Shown in pieces: positions 37,751-47,600 of a stretch of DNA of 55,071 bases; position 1 is the first letter of the stretch; every line of letters begins with the position of its first letter. Below the pieces are notes generated by a model. The model saw only the letters and a list, made by a program, of their open reading frames with translations. It did no database searches and was not told the origin of the DNA. The translations under genes and the position numbers were made by a program. Location: the IMG/VR virus record IMGVR_UViG_3300005613_003983, positions 1 through 55,071 of that record, one strand, 5' to 3'. Source of the DNA: a virus. Taxonomy: Duplodnaviria; Caudoviricetes.

Positions 37751-38393
37751 CGAAATATTTTATTCAATTCAGGGAGAAGGACAAAAAACAGGTTATCCTT
37801 GTGTTTTTCTTCGTCTTTTTGGTTGTAACATGAGGTGTAAATGGTGCGATACTAAATATGCCTTAGAACCTTCTAAAGATTTTAAGAAAATGAAGATTGA
37901 CCAAGTTATTAAAGAGATTAAAAAATATGGAGTTAAATATGTTTGTATTACAGGAGGAGAACCACTTTTACAAGAGAAAGAGGTCGAGACATTAATTATA
38001 TCAATGCCTGGTTTTACGTTTGAAATTAACACAAATGGCAGTTTACCGATTAATGTACCATTTTGGATTAAAAAGGATAGAGTTCGTTATGTTGTTGATT
38101 ATAAATTACCATCATCGGGAATGTGGGGAAGGTTTTTATGGAAGAATGTAGAATTTCTAGACGAAAAAGATGATATTGTGATGGTAATTAAAAATAGGGA
38201 AGATTATAAAATAGCGAGAGAAACGTCTAAAGCAATAAAAGAAATAAGTAGTGCAAATATAATTTTTTCTCCTTGTTGGGGAGATATGTCTAAACAAAAA
38301 TTAGTAAAATGGATTTTAGAGGATAAATTAAATGCAAGACTGGGTTTACAAATTCATAAAGTTATATATGGTCCTATTAGGAGGGGAGTATGA
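37737..38393 (+). CDS. queE: 7-carboxy-7-deazaguanine synthase (radical SAM)
   Basis: EIFYSIQGEG, GCNMRCKWCDT, TGGEP, TNG, QIHK. Confidence 0.93.
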   Translation: MLKVNEIFYSIQGEGQKTGYPCVFLRLFGCNMRCKWCDTKYALEPSKDFKKMKIDQVIKEIKKYGVKYVCITGGEPLLQEKEVETLIISMPGFTFEINTNGSLPINVPFWIKKDRVRYVVDYKLPSSGMWGRFLWKNVEFLDEKDDIVMVIKNREDYKIARETSKAIKEISSANIIFSPCWGDMSKQKLVKWILEDKLNARLGLQIHKVIYGPIRRGV

Positions 38394-38437
38394 AAAAAAT
38401 AGGAGTAATTGGTCATCAATTATTATTACATTTTTAA
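38390..38437 (+). pseudogene. Displaced 5' stub (MKKIGVIGH) of a Rossmann-fold dehydrogenase
   Basis: ATGA overlap with the queE stop; parallels MKKSTIAVIGW at 38839. Confidence 0.6.
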
Positions 38438-38451
38438 TATATAATAAGGCT

Positions 38452-38793
38452 ATGAAATTTAATCCTTTATTTCCAAATAGAAAATATGGTGATGGAATAA
38501 TAATGTTAAAAGGATATGTTGCGGTGACAGCACCAAAAGGATATAAAGGAAAAACATATTTTGGAAAGAATTACAACAAAAATGCAAAAAGGCAGAGGGC
38601 ATATGTTTATCAACATAGATTGGTAATGGAGAAAAAGATAGGCAGATATTTAGAATCAGATGAACTTGTTCATCATAAAAATAAGATTAGACACGATAAT
38701 AGGGAAGAAAATCTTGAAATAGTGGTTGGTAAAGGGAGACATTCAGGAAAAATACGTTGCCCTTATTGTTTGAAGGAATTTAGAACATTATAA
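38452..38793 (+). CDS. Free-standing HNH endonuclease
   Basis: YVYQHRLVME..IGRYL...E.VHHKN..RHDNR.ENLE. Confidence 0.85.
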   Translation: MKFNPLFPNRKYGDGIIMLKGYVAVTAPKGYKGKTYFGKNYNKNAKRQRAYVYQHRLVMEKKIGRYLESDELVHHKNKIRHDNREENLEIVVGKGRHSGKIRCPYCLKEFRTL

Positions 38794-38838
38794 TTTTTAT
38801 TATTAAATTTCAAGAAACTTTAAAAAATATCTTTTAAA

Positions 38839-39678
38839 ATGAAAAAGTCAACAATTGCAGTTATTGGCTGGACAGGAATAGTGGGTGCCACTACCTACCA
38901 ATGGTTTAAAAAACAAGGACATTCAGTAATGGGTTTAGCAAAGGATAGAAAAACTCACACTTGGGATCAGATAAACAAAGAAGCAGATTATATTTTTATA
39001 ACTGTTCCTACGCCTTATGATTGGGAAGAAAAAAGGGCTGATTTAACCGTGTTGCAGCAAGTTTTTAGAAGGATAGGTTATGCCAAAATAATAATTATTA
39101 AATCTACAATATTGCCTGGAACAACAGAAACATTACAAGAAAAATATCCTTCTTTATATTTATTACATAATCCTGAATTCTTGAGTGCTAAAACAGCTTG
39201 GGAGGATTTTATTAATCCAGACAGACAATTAGTAGGTTATACAAAAAGAAGTTATAAATATGCCGAAGAAGTATTGCATTTATTACCACAAAGTCCGTAC
39301 GATGTCATAATGAAAGCAACTGAAGCGGAAATTTGTAAATATATTAATAATTTTCATGGTGCTTTAATGGTTATGTTTTCTAACTTTTTTTATGATATTG
39401 CTTTAAAGTTTGGGAAAGGGACATTAGATTTTGAAAGAATTAAAAAAGCAGCTCAAGCCTCAAAGTGGGTGGGTTCTCCTATGGGTAGAATGTATTGGGA
39501 AGTCTTTCATAAAGGTAAAAGAGGTTATGGTGGTGGTTGTTTTCCTAAAGACATTAATAGTTTAATAGAATGGTGTAAAGAGAATAAAGTAGATAGTGAA
39601 ATAATTGAGGCTACAAGAAAAGCAAATCAAAGAATATTAAAAAAACAAGGATTAACAGAAAAGGAGGTAGAAAAATGA
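38839..39678 (+). CDS. UDP-glucose/GDP-mannose dehydrogenase family, short form
   Basis: IGWTGIVG, VPTP, KSTILPGT, NPEFL, AEICKY..N, GYGGGCFPKD; lacks the C-terminal domain. Confidence 0.88.
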   Translation: MKKSTIAVIGWTGIVGATTYQWFKKQGHSVMGLAKDRKTHTWDQINKEADYIFITVPTPYDWEEKRADLTVLQQVFRRIGYAKIIIIKSTILPGTTETLQEKYPSLYLLHNPEFLSAKTAWEDFINPDRQLVGYTKRSYKYAEEVLHLLPQSPYDVIMKATEAEICKYINNFHGALMVMFSNFFYDIALKFGKGTLDFERIKKAAQASKWVGSPMGRMYWEVFHKGKRGYGGGCFPKDINSLIEWCKENKVDSEIIEATRKANQRILKKQGLTEKEVEK

Positions 39679-40340
39679 ATAAAAAAACAGTAATCATGTT
39701 GTCTGGTGGTATTGACTCTACGACTTTAGCTTATTATTTAAAAGATAAAAAACATGATTTACATGCTTTGTCTTTTTATTATGGACAAAAACATCACAAA
39801 GAAATCTTAGTAGCAGAAGAGATGGCTAAGATATTACAAATTCCGTTTAAGTTAGTAGATATAAGAAATGTAGGAAAATTGCTTAAATCGTCTCTAACAA
39901 GTAAAAAAGAGAAAGTTCCAGAAGGACATTATGCAGAAAAAGTAATGAAATCTACAGTTGTTCCTAATAGAAATATGATTATGCTTTCTATTGCTGCTGG
40001 CTATGCCAAATCAATTAAAGCAACAACTGTTGCCTTTGCAGCACATGCAGGCGACCATTTTATTTATCCAGATTGTCGGCCTGATTTTGTAACAAATATG
40101 AGGCTTGCATTAGCTTCTTCTTTTGGATATGAAAAACCCTTTCCTGAGTTAATTGCTCCATTTATTGCTCTTGATAAAGTTGATATTGTTAGATTGGGAA
40201 CAATGTTAAAAGTTCCTTTTGGACTTACTTGGTCGTGTTATAAAGGATTAGAAAAGCATTGTGGTAAATGCGGTACTTGCGTTGAAAGAAAAGAAGCCTT
40301 TAAGTTAGCAGGGATTAAAGACTTAACAGAATATGAGTAA
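39675..40340 (+). CDS. queC: 7-cyano-7-deazaguanine (preQ0) synthase
   Basis: SGGIDST, YGQKH, VPNRN, YPDCR, TWSCY, CGKCGTC. Confidence 0.95.
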   Translation: MNKKTVIMLSGGIDSTTLAYYLKDKKHDLHALSFYYGQKHHKEILVAEEMAKILQIPFKLVDIRNVGKLLKSSLTSKKEKVPEGHYAEKVMKSTVVPNRNMIMLSIAAGYAKSIKATTVAFAAHAGDHFIYPDCRPDFVTNMRLALASSFGYEKPFPELIAPFIALDKVDIVRLGTMLKVPFGLTWSCYKGLEKHCGKCGTCVERKEAFKLAGIKDLTEYE

Positions 40341-40884
40341 ATTAGAAAAATTATTTAAAAGTGTTTTAGAAGAGTTGGGAGAAAATCCTAATAGACCTGG
40401 ATTGAAAGAAACCCCTAAAAGAATAGATAAGGCATTAAGATTTCTCTGTGGTGGATACAATAGAAATCCAAAGGATGTTATAAAAACCTTTCCTGCTAAG
40501 AATATTGACCAATTAGTTGTAATAAAGGCAATAGATTTTTATTCTAAATGCGAACATCACATGGAAACCTTTTATGGACAAGTTCATATTGGTTATTTGC
40601 CCAAAGATAGAGTAATGGGTGTTTCTAAGTTTGCTAGATTAGTAGAAATTTATTCTCGAAGATTACAGATTCAAGAAAGAATGACCCAGCAAATAGCTGA
40701 CGCCATTATGAAATATTTAAAACCTTTGGGGGTGGCGGTCGTCGTTAAAGGAATTCATCTGTGTATGAGAGCTAGAGGAATCCAAAAACAAAACACAGAG
40801 GTAATTACTTCTGCTATGTTGGGAAAGTTTAGAGAAGAAGATGAATCAGCATTAAGAAATGAATTTTTAAATTTGATTAAATAA
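40333..40884 (+). CDS. folE: GTP cyclohydrolase I
   Basis: ETPKR, CEHH, GVSK.AR, RRLQIQER, HLCM..RG. Confidence 0.95.
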   Translation: MSKLEKLFKSVLEELGENPNRPGLKETPKRIDKALRFLCGGYNRNPKDVIKTFPAKNIDQLVVIKAIDFYSKCEHHMETFYGQVHIGYLPKDRVMGVSKFARLVEIYSRRLQIQERMTQQIADAIMKYLKPLGVAVVVKGIHLCMRARGIQKQNTEVITSAMLGKFREEDESALRNEFLNLIK

Positions 40885-40885
40885 G

Positions 40886-41548
40886 ATGGCTCAAGTTAAT
40901 TCATTAAAAAAGGTTGTTGGCTACTTTCAAGTGATAAGTAAAAAACCTTTTACTTATGAAGGCAAGCTTTATGAGCCGCCAGCGCACCTTTACATAAGCA
41001 ATCTGTTTTTTAGAGGGTTTAAGTGTCCAGAGAAATGCGGTTGGTGTTGTCCTAGATTTTCTCTTGATTATTTTAAGTACAACTTAGAGGATTTTTTTAA
41101 GTTATATCCTAAGAAAGCAAAACTCTTAGAGAAGCAAGAAACTAAGTTTAATGGTAAAATTTATAAATACTGGTCAATCACGCAGAAAGGTCGGAAAGAA
41201 AATTTTTGCCAGTTTTTAACAGAACCAGAAAGGCGATGTTCGATTCATAAAGCTAATCCGTTTTATTGTAGGGTAGAACCAATTAAAATCTTTTGTGTTA
41301 ATAATACGGGCTGGATAATGAAGAAAAAGTTTTCAAGAGGTTGGTTAGAAAGAAGGGGTACAAAAGCACTTTGTCAATTCTTTCCTTTTGATATGAAAGA
41401 ATTAAAAAAAGATATAGATTTATTTATAGAATTAAAACATATTGCTTTGGAATTCGGGATTGAAACTTACTGTGATAATATAATTTCTTTATTAAAAGAT
41501 TGTTTGGAAATTGAAAAAGCTCCAGACAGAAGGGTAAGAATAAAATGA
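40886..41548 (+). CDS. YkgJ/FliB-like cysteine-cluster protein
   Basis: CPEKCGWCC, CQFL, CSIH..NP..CR..P. Confidence 0.65.
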   Translation: MAQVNSLKKVVGYFQVISKKPFTYEGKLYEPPAHLYISNLFFRGFKCPEKCGWCCPRFSLDYFKYNLEDFFKLYPKKAKLLEKQETKFNGKIYKYWSITQKGRKENFCQFLTEPERRCSIHKANPFYCRVEPIKIFCVNNTGWIMKKKFSRGWLERRGTKALCQFFPFDMKELKKDIDLFIELKHIALEFGIETYCDNIISLLKDCLEIEKAPDRRVRIK

Positions 41549-41985
41549 AATCGAAATATGGAACTAAGAAAGTTAAAGACATGAGCAATCCTAAAAATTG
41601 GGAACTTTGGAATGCTCCTAAAAATCAAGAAGTTTTATATCAAACTTTTCCTGAATTTACTTGTCTTTGTCCAAGAAGCGGGTATCCAGATTTTGCTAGA
41701 GTTCATATCATTTCAATTCCAAATAAAAAAGTTATAGAATTAAAATGCTTAAAGCTTTGGCTTAATTCTTTTAGAGATATAGGAATTAGCCATGAAAACA
41801 GTACTTGCTTAGTAGCTAAAACCCTGTTTGACAAACTTAAACTAAAATATATCTTTGTTTTAATGGAATATACACCTAGAGGCAATTTGACAACTTTTCC
41901 AATGACTGAATTGAGTAGATTAGATAAACCTGTTTTGGAGGTGGATGAAATAAAAAAGAATATTTTAAAAAAAGTTATTAAATGA
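41545..41985 (+). CDS. queF: preQ0 reductase (unimodular QueF)
   Basis: PEFTCLCP.SGYPDFA, QueF motif ELKCLKLW, SHE, PRG. Confidence 0.88.
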   Translation: MKSKYGTKKVKDMSNPKNWELWNAPKNQEVLYQTFPEFTCLCPRSGYPDFARVHIISIPNKKVIELKCLKLWLNSFRDIGISHENSTCLVAKTLFDKLKLKYIFVLMEYTPRGNLTTFPMTELSRLDKPVLEVDEIKKNILKKVIK

Positions 41986-42800
41986 AAATCTATCTAGGTT
42001 TTAGTAATGGCGGAAGCAGAGATATATTAATTAAGGCTAAAGCTCCTCATGGTTTAATTAGCTATTTCTATATTAAAGAACATAAACTAAAAATAGATTT
42101 TACTAAAAATTTTAAAGCAGTAATGCTTGATTCTGGAGCTTTCTCTGCCGATAGTTTAAATAAACCTATTTCTATTGAAGAATATGCAAAGTTTTGTAAG
42201 AAATACAAAGATAAGTTTAAAACAATAATCAGCCTTGATGTGATTGGTGATGTTAAATTTAATATAAAAAGTGCAGATATGTCTTACAAAAACTTTAAAT
42301 ATTTAAAATCACAAAAAATAAATGCATTGCCTGTATTTCATCAAACAGAAGATTTTAAATGGCTTGACCTTTATTGTAAAAATTATGACTATGTTGGTTT
42401 GGGTGGAGTCGGGAATTTAGGAAACACAAGATGGATAGGAAGGTGGTTGACAAGAGTTTTTGCTCGTTATCCTAAACATAAATTTCATGGATTCGCTATT
42501 ACTTCACCTTCTTTATTATTAAAGTTTCCTTTTTATTCAGTAGATAGCACTTCATGGACAATAGGTGGAAGATATGGTCAGATTTTGAAATTAAAAGATT
42601 TTGGGTTAAAATTAAACTACTTAAGAGTCAGTGAGAAAAAAGAAGAAATAAAAAGAACCTTTTTACACTCTAGTAATTTATTAGATAAAAAAGGGAAGAA
42701 AGCAGGTTTGCTTAGAAATCTACACAACGCAGAGGTTTTTGTTGAATTAGAAAAATTAATTACTCGTGTTTGGGAGAAAAGAGGAATTAAATATGACTGA
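41982..42800 (+). CDS. dpdA: DpdA-like DNA-guanine transglycosylase (TGT fold)
   Basis: LDSGAFS, LDVIGD, PVFH, GLGG, HGFA, SVDSTSW; sits within the que cluster. Confidence 0.75.
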   Translation: MKIYLGFSNGGSRDILIKAKAPHGLISYFYIKEHKLKIDFTKNFKAVMLDSGAFSADSLNKPISIEEYAKFCKKYKDKFKTIISLDVIGDVKFNIKSADMSYKNFKYLKSQKINALPVFHQTEDFKWLDLYCKNYDYVGLGGVGNLGNTRWIGRWLTRVFARYPKHKFHGFAITSPSLLLKFPFYSVDSTSWTIGGRYGQILKLKDFGLKLNYLRVSEKKEEIKRTFLHSSNLLDKKGKKAGLLRNLHNAEVFVELEKLITRVWEKRGIKYD

Positions 42801-43431
42801 ACTTAAATACAACCATCAAGTAGCAATAATTGATATTAATAAAATAAAACCCAATCCCTATAATCCTAATATAATGGATGAGAAGCTATTTGAAGAAACA
42901 AAAAACAACATTAAAAAAGAGGGGTTGGTGGGAGCAATAATAGTTAGAAAAGAAAAAGATGAGTATATTATTATTGACGGAGAACACAGATGGAAAGCTG
43001 CTAAAAAACTTGAATATAAAGAAATACCCACTATCATTTTAGACAAAAATCTTCCAGAAGCAATGATTTCTACAATTAACTTCAACAAATTGAGAGGAGA
43101 ATTTGATACACTAAAACTAGCAGAAGTAGTACACGAACTTAATAAGACTTATACAATAGAGGAATTAGAAAAAGAACTAGGGTATACTCAAGATGAATTA
43201 CAGGGACTGGAAAATCTTTTAAAATTTGATTTCAGCCAATTTGAAAAAGAATCATTAGAATTAGATAAAGAAGATATTGCAGAATATAGATTTGAAGTTG
43301 TTTTAACAGATGAACAATATGAAACATTAAAAGCTACTTTAAAAATGGTAAACAAAAAAAATAATGCAGAAAAAATAAATGATATTTGTTTAAAATATAT
43401 AAAAGATAACTATGAAAAAAATAATACATAA
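42793..43431 (+). CDS. ParB/Srx N-terminal domain protein, copy 1
   Basis: PNPYNPN, IIDGEHRWKA; GAGGA RBS before ATG 42793. Confidence 0.85.
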   Translation: MTELKYNHQVAIIDINKIKPNPYNPNIMDEKLFEETKNNIKKEGLVGAIIVRKEKDEYIIIDGEHRWKAAKKLEYKEIPTIILDKNLPEAMISTINFNKLRGEFDTLKLAEVVHELNKTYTIEELEKELGYTQDELQGLENLLKFDFSQFEKESLELDKEDIAEYRFEVVLTDEQYETLKATLKMVNKKNNAEKINDICLKYIKDNYEKNNT

Positions 43432-44047
43432 GATAATAACTGTTGATATAGAAAAAATAATTCCTAATAAATACAATCCTAATGTAATGGATAAAAAAAC
43501 ATTCGAGCAAACAAAGAAAAATATATTGAGAGAGGGATTAATTGGAGGAATTGTTTGTAGGAAAAATCCAGACAAAGAGGGTGAGTATATTGTTATTGAT
43601 GGAGAACATAGGTGGAAAGCTATTAAAAGCCTTGGTTATAAAAAAGTACCTATTATTGTTTTAAATAAAAATGTTCCTGAAGCAATGATTTCTACGATTA
43701 ATTTTAATAAATTAAGAGGAGTTTTCGACAACTTAAGATTAGCAAATGTTATTTACGAGCTAAATAAAACATATTCTTTAGAGGAAATAGAAAATAAATT
43801 GGGTTATACCCAAGATGAATTACAGGGATTAAAAAACCTTTCAGAAGTTGATTTTGAACAACTTGAAAAGGAATCAACTAATTTAAAAGAATATAAAGTT
43901 CCAGAAAATAGATTTGAAGTTCTTTTAAATAAAGAACAATATAAAACTGTCAAAAAGGCAATTGATATTACTGGTAAAGAAAATATGGCTGATGCTTTAA
44001 TTATAATTTGTTTAGAATATTTAAAACATGGCAAAAGAACCTCTTGA
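43412..44047 (+). CDS. ParB/Srx N-terminal domain protein, copy 2
   Basis: PNKYNPN, VIDGEHRWKA; shares PEAMISTINFNKLRG and LGYTQDELQGL with copy 1. Confidence 0.85.
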   Translation: MKKIIHKIITVDIEKIIPNKYNPNVMDKKTFEQTKKNILREGLIGGIVCRKNPDKEGEYIVIDGEHRWKAIKSLGYKKVPIIVLNKNVPEAMISTINFNKLRGVFDNLRLANVIYELNKTYSLEEIENKLGYTQDELQGLKNLSEVDFEQLEKESTNLKEYKVPENRFEVLLNKEQYKTVKKAIDITGKENMADALIIICLEYLKHGKRTS

Positions 44048-44696
44048 TACAGAAAAAATATTACCATCTCCTCAAAGTGTAACTGCTGTTGCCCAGAATA
44101 TAAATCCAGACAATGTTAATAAAATAGCCCTACGCAGGGGAAAAGTAAGAGAATTAGTAAGAATGGGTTATGAGCCTTACCAAATACCATTAATTCTTGA
44201 AAAAGGAATTAAGGTAGGAAAAAATAAAATTATTACTGTTCCGATTTCTGAAACAATTGTAAAAAATGATGTTGAATATATAAGACAAGAAGATGCTTCG
44301 ATAGATATTGATTTTAGTGAGAAGAGAGCAGAAATTTTAGACAAATTAAGATTCTTATATAATAGAGCAATAACTGAATATATGAATGCTAAGGGACAAG
44401 CAAGAAATAGTTTTATGAATACGGCCTTATCGGTTTTAAGTAAAATAACAGAAATAGAAGGAGTTAAAGCTCCTGAAAGTTTAGATATTAATTTAGGAGA
44501 AGAAGCAAAAATATCAAAATATGCTATCGAGCTTCATAAATTAAGCGAAAATGACAAATCTAATATTCTCACCGCAATTCGAGAAGTTCATAAAAAACGC
44601 CAACTGGAAAGAGATGGAAATTCTGGAGTTTCTAGCGGAAAACCCAGAATACCAGTACAAACCAGTGGGGATGAGAGAGTTCCTAGAAAGTCCTAA
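44028..44696 (+). CDS. Putative terminase small subunit
   Basis: Position before terL; HTH-like RR..V.EL...GY; helical C-terminus. Confidence 0.5.
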   Translation: MAKEPLDTEKILPSPQSVTAVAQNINPDNVNKIALRRGKVRELVRMGYEPYQIPLILEKGIKVGKNKIITVPISETIVKNDVEYIRQEDASIDIDFSEKRAEILDKLRFLYNRAITEYMNAKGQARNSFMNTALSVLSKITEIEGVKAPESLDINLGEEAKISKYAIELHKLSENDKSNILTAIREVHKKRQLERDGNSGVSSGKPRIPVQTSGDERVPRKS

Positions 44697-47600
44697 TTTT
44701 GTTACCAAGCAAGACTCGGCACGACCTTATAATAAAGAACTTCTAATAGAAATATTTGATAGTGGTAAAAATCTTGAGTTTTTTGAAAACTTAGGAAAAT
44801 ATGAGGAAGTTCTTTATATAGCTGGCATTGGTTCTGGTAAATCCTATGTTTCTTCAATGGCAATAACCTATATTATTTATAGGTTGCTTTGTTTAAGAAA
44901 TCCTCAAAAATACTTTCATTTTGCTAAAGGAACTAAAATTGCCTTTGTCAATATTTCTAAGTCTTTTACTCAAGCCAAAGATGTTGTTTTTGGTGAGATT
45001 AAAAATAGAATAGATAATAATCAATGGTTTCAAAACTTTTATCCTCCTGACCCAAGAATTAAGTCTAAAATAAGATTACCTAAAAATATTTTTATTCTTC
45101 CGTTGGGCTCAAATGAAGAATCTCCTTTGGGTTATAACATTTTTGGAGCAGTTATTGATGAAGCTTCATTTCATACTTCAACTAAAGATAAAGATTATGC
45201 TGAAGAAAGCTATAATCAAATTAAAAAGCGTATTCGTTCTCGATTTTTTTCTAAAGGAAAAACATTTATTATAACTTCACCAAGATATGTTTATGATTTT
45301 GCTGAGAAAAAATGGGAAGAAGAAGCAGATAATCCTAAAGTTTTTAAAAGAAGAACTCCTTTATGGGAAGCAATACCAGAGGAAATGTTTTGTGGACAGA
45401 AATTTGATTTAGGAAAATATGTTTCAAAATATAAGGGAAAAGGAGTAATGATACCAATAGAATACGAAGATGAATTTATAAAAAATCCTGAAAAGGCAAT
45501 GAGGGATTATGGTGCTCAACCATCAATGTCAATTCAGGGATTTTTTAATGACCCTGACATTATTACTTCATATGCTAATTATAAAAGAAAACATCCAATT
45601 AGTCCTAAAACAGGAGATTTTTATGAATGGTTTTATAATCTGAAAAGCAGTGAAAGTTTTGATACTGATAAACGCTTTATACATATTGATTTAGGATTAA
45701 ATAAAGAGGGAAAAGGAGATTGTGCTGGTTTTGCTATGGGAAAGTTTAATGGTTGGATAGAGCAAAGAAGTAGTTTGGGCAAAATGGAAAAGAAGCCAAA
45801 AATATTCATTGACTTTATGTTACAGATAAAGGCAAGACCAAAAGACGAGATTCAATTTGAGGAAGTTAGAAAACTTGTTTATAAACTTAGAGATATTGGT
45901 TATAATATTCATAAGATAACCTTTGATGGTTGGCAATCGACATTAGGTTCAACAAAGATAAAATTGCTTGATGGAACAAATAAAAGAATAGACGAAATAG
46001 ATAAAAAAACATGGATTTATTCCTATGACTTAAAAAGAAAAGAGATAGTTCCTGCATTATGTCATCCCGCTATTAAAACAGGTGTTAATAAAAAGGTTTA
46101 TGAGATTATTCTTGACAATGGCGAGAAACTGTATTTTACCCCTGAACATTTATTTTTAATGAGGGATGGTTCATATAAAGAAGTACAAGAGTTAAAGCCA
46201 TGCAATAGCATAATGCCTTTATATACAGATTATTTAATAAGAAAAAATAAAACAGATACAAAACCAAGACGTTATGAAAAAATATTACAACCAGAAACAA
46301 ATAATTGGGAGATGACTCATGATATGGTTGCTAGAAATATTTATGGGAAGAAATCTAAGAATAACGTAGTCCATCACAGAAATTTTAATTCAGAGGATAA
46401 TAGACCATTAAATCTTGAATATCAGCACTATAAAAATCATCTTAAAATGCATAAGATGCTAACTCAAAAAGCGAATGAAATTAGATGGTCAAAAAAAGGC
46501 ATGAGGGAAAAACAAGCCCAGTTAATGCGAGAAAGAAATAAGAAATTCAATCTACCCTCTTTACTAAAATCACCTACTAAAGAAATTGCTAAAAAAATAG
46601 CTTTGATAATTCAAGATAAGTGGGATAATGATAAAGAATATAAGATTAAAATGTTAAAAAGGCCTGTTTATTATGGTAAAAATTCGCCTCATTATAATCG
46701 ACAAGTAGAAAATGAATTGTTATTAAAAATATGTTCAAGTAGTAATACTTTAAAAGAAGTTAGACAAAGATTAGAGTTAAAAAACAATCTTTTTATTATT
46801 AGAAGGTTAAAATCATTGGGTTATAAAGGATTCAGAGATTATAAATCACAAAAAAATCATAAAGTAGTTTCGGTTAAATTTTATAAATATGAAGATGTTT
46901 ATGATATAGAAGTTCCTAAATATCATAATTTTGCTTTATCGGCAGGTATTTTTGTTCATAATTCAGTTGATTCTGTTCAAACATTAAAATCAGCAGGATT
47001 TAATGCGGACTTTCTTTCGGTAGATAGAAAAGCAGAAGCATATTATACATTGAAGGGGGCTTTACTTGATAAGAGATTAGATTTTTATTTTTATAAACCG
47101 TTTATTATAGAACTTCAACAATTAGAAGAAATAAAAGGAATGAAGATTGACCATCCAAGAGGAGGAAGTAAAGATGTTTGTTTAGCAGGTAATACAAAAA
47201 TATCTTTATTAAATGGTAAGGAAGTCCCAATTAAAAAACTTGTTGGAAAATCAAAGTTTGAAGTTTATTCAGTTTTACCAAATGGACAAATTAAGATTGG
47301 AAAAATTGAGAATGTAGTTTGTACTGGGTTAAGAAAAGATATTTATCGTATTTGGTTAGATAATAATAAGCATATAGATTGTACTTCTAATCATCCTTTT
47401 TTATTAAGAAATGGAAGATATAAAAGAGCTGATAAATTAAAAATAAACGATAAACTAATGCCTCTATATAGAAAATTATCAATTACTAATAGCAAAACTG
47501 CTCTTAATGGCTATGAAATGATAAGACAAAATAATTCTGGTAAGTGGGTTTTTACGCATCAATTAGTAGCAAAGGATATTTTTGAGTTTACTTATAAGAA

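Noticed and set aside
41982-42800. Canonical tRNA-guanine transglycosylase (tgt) for queuosine
   Set aside because: Short, lacks the C-terminal zinc-binding Cys/His cluster, and the context matches phage DNA modification.
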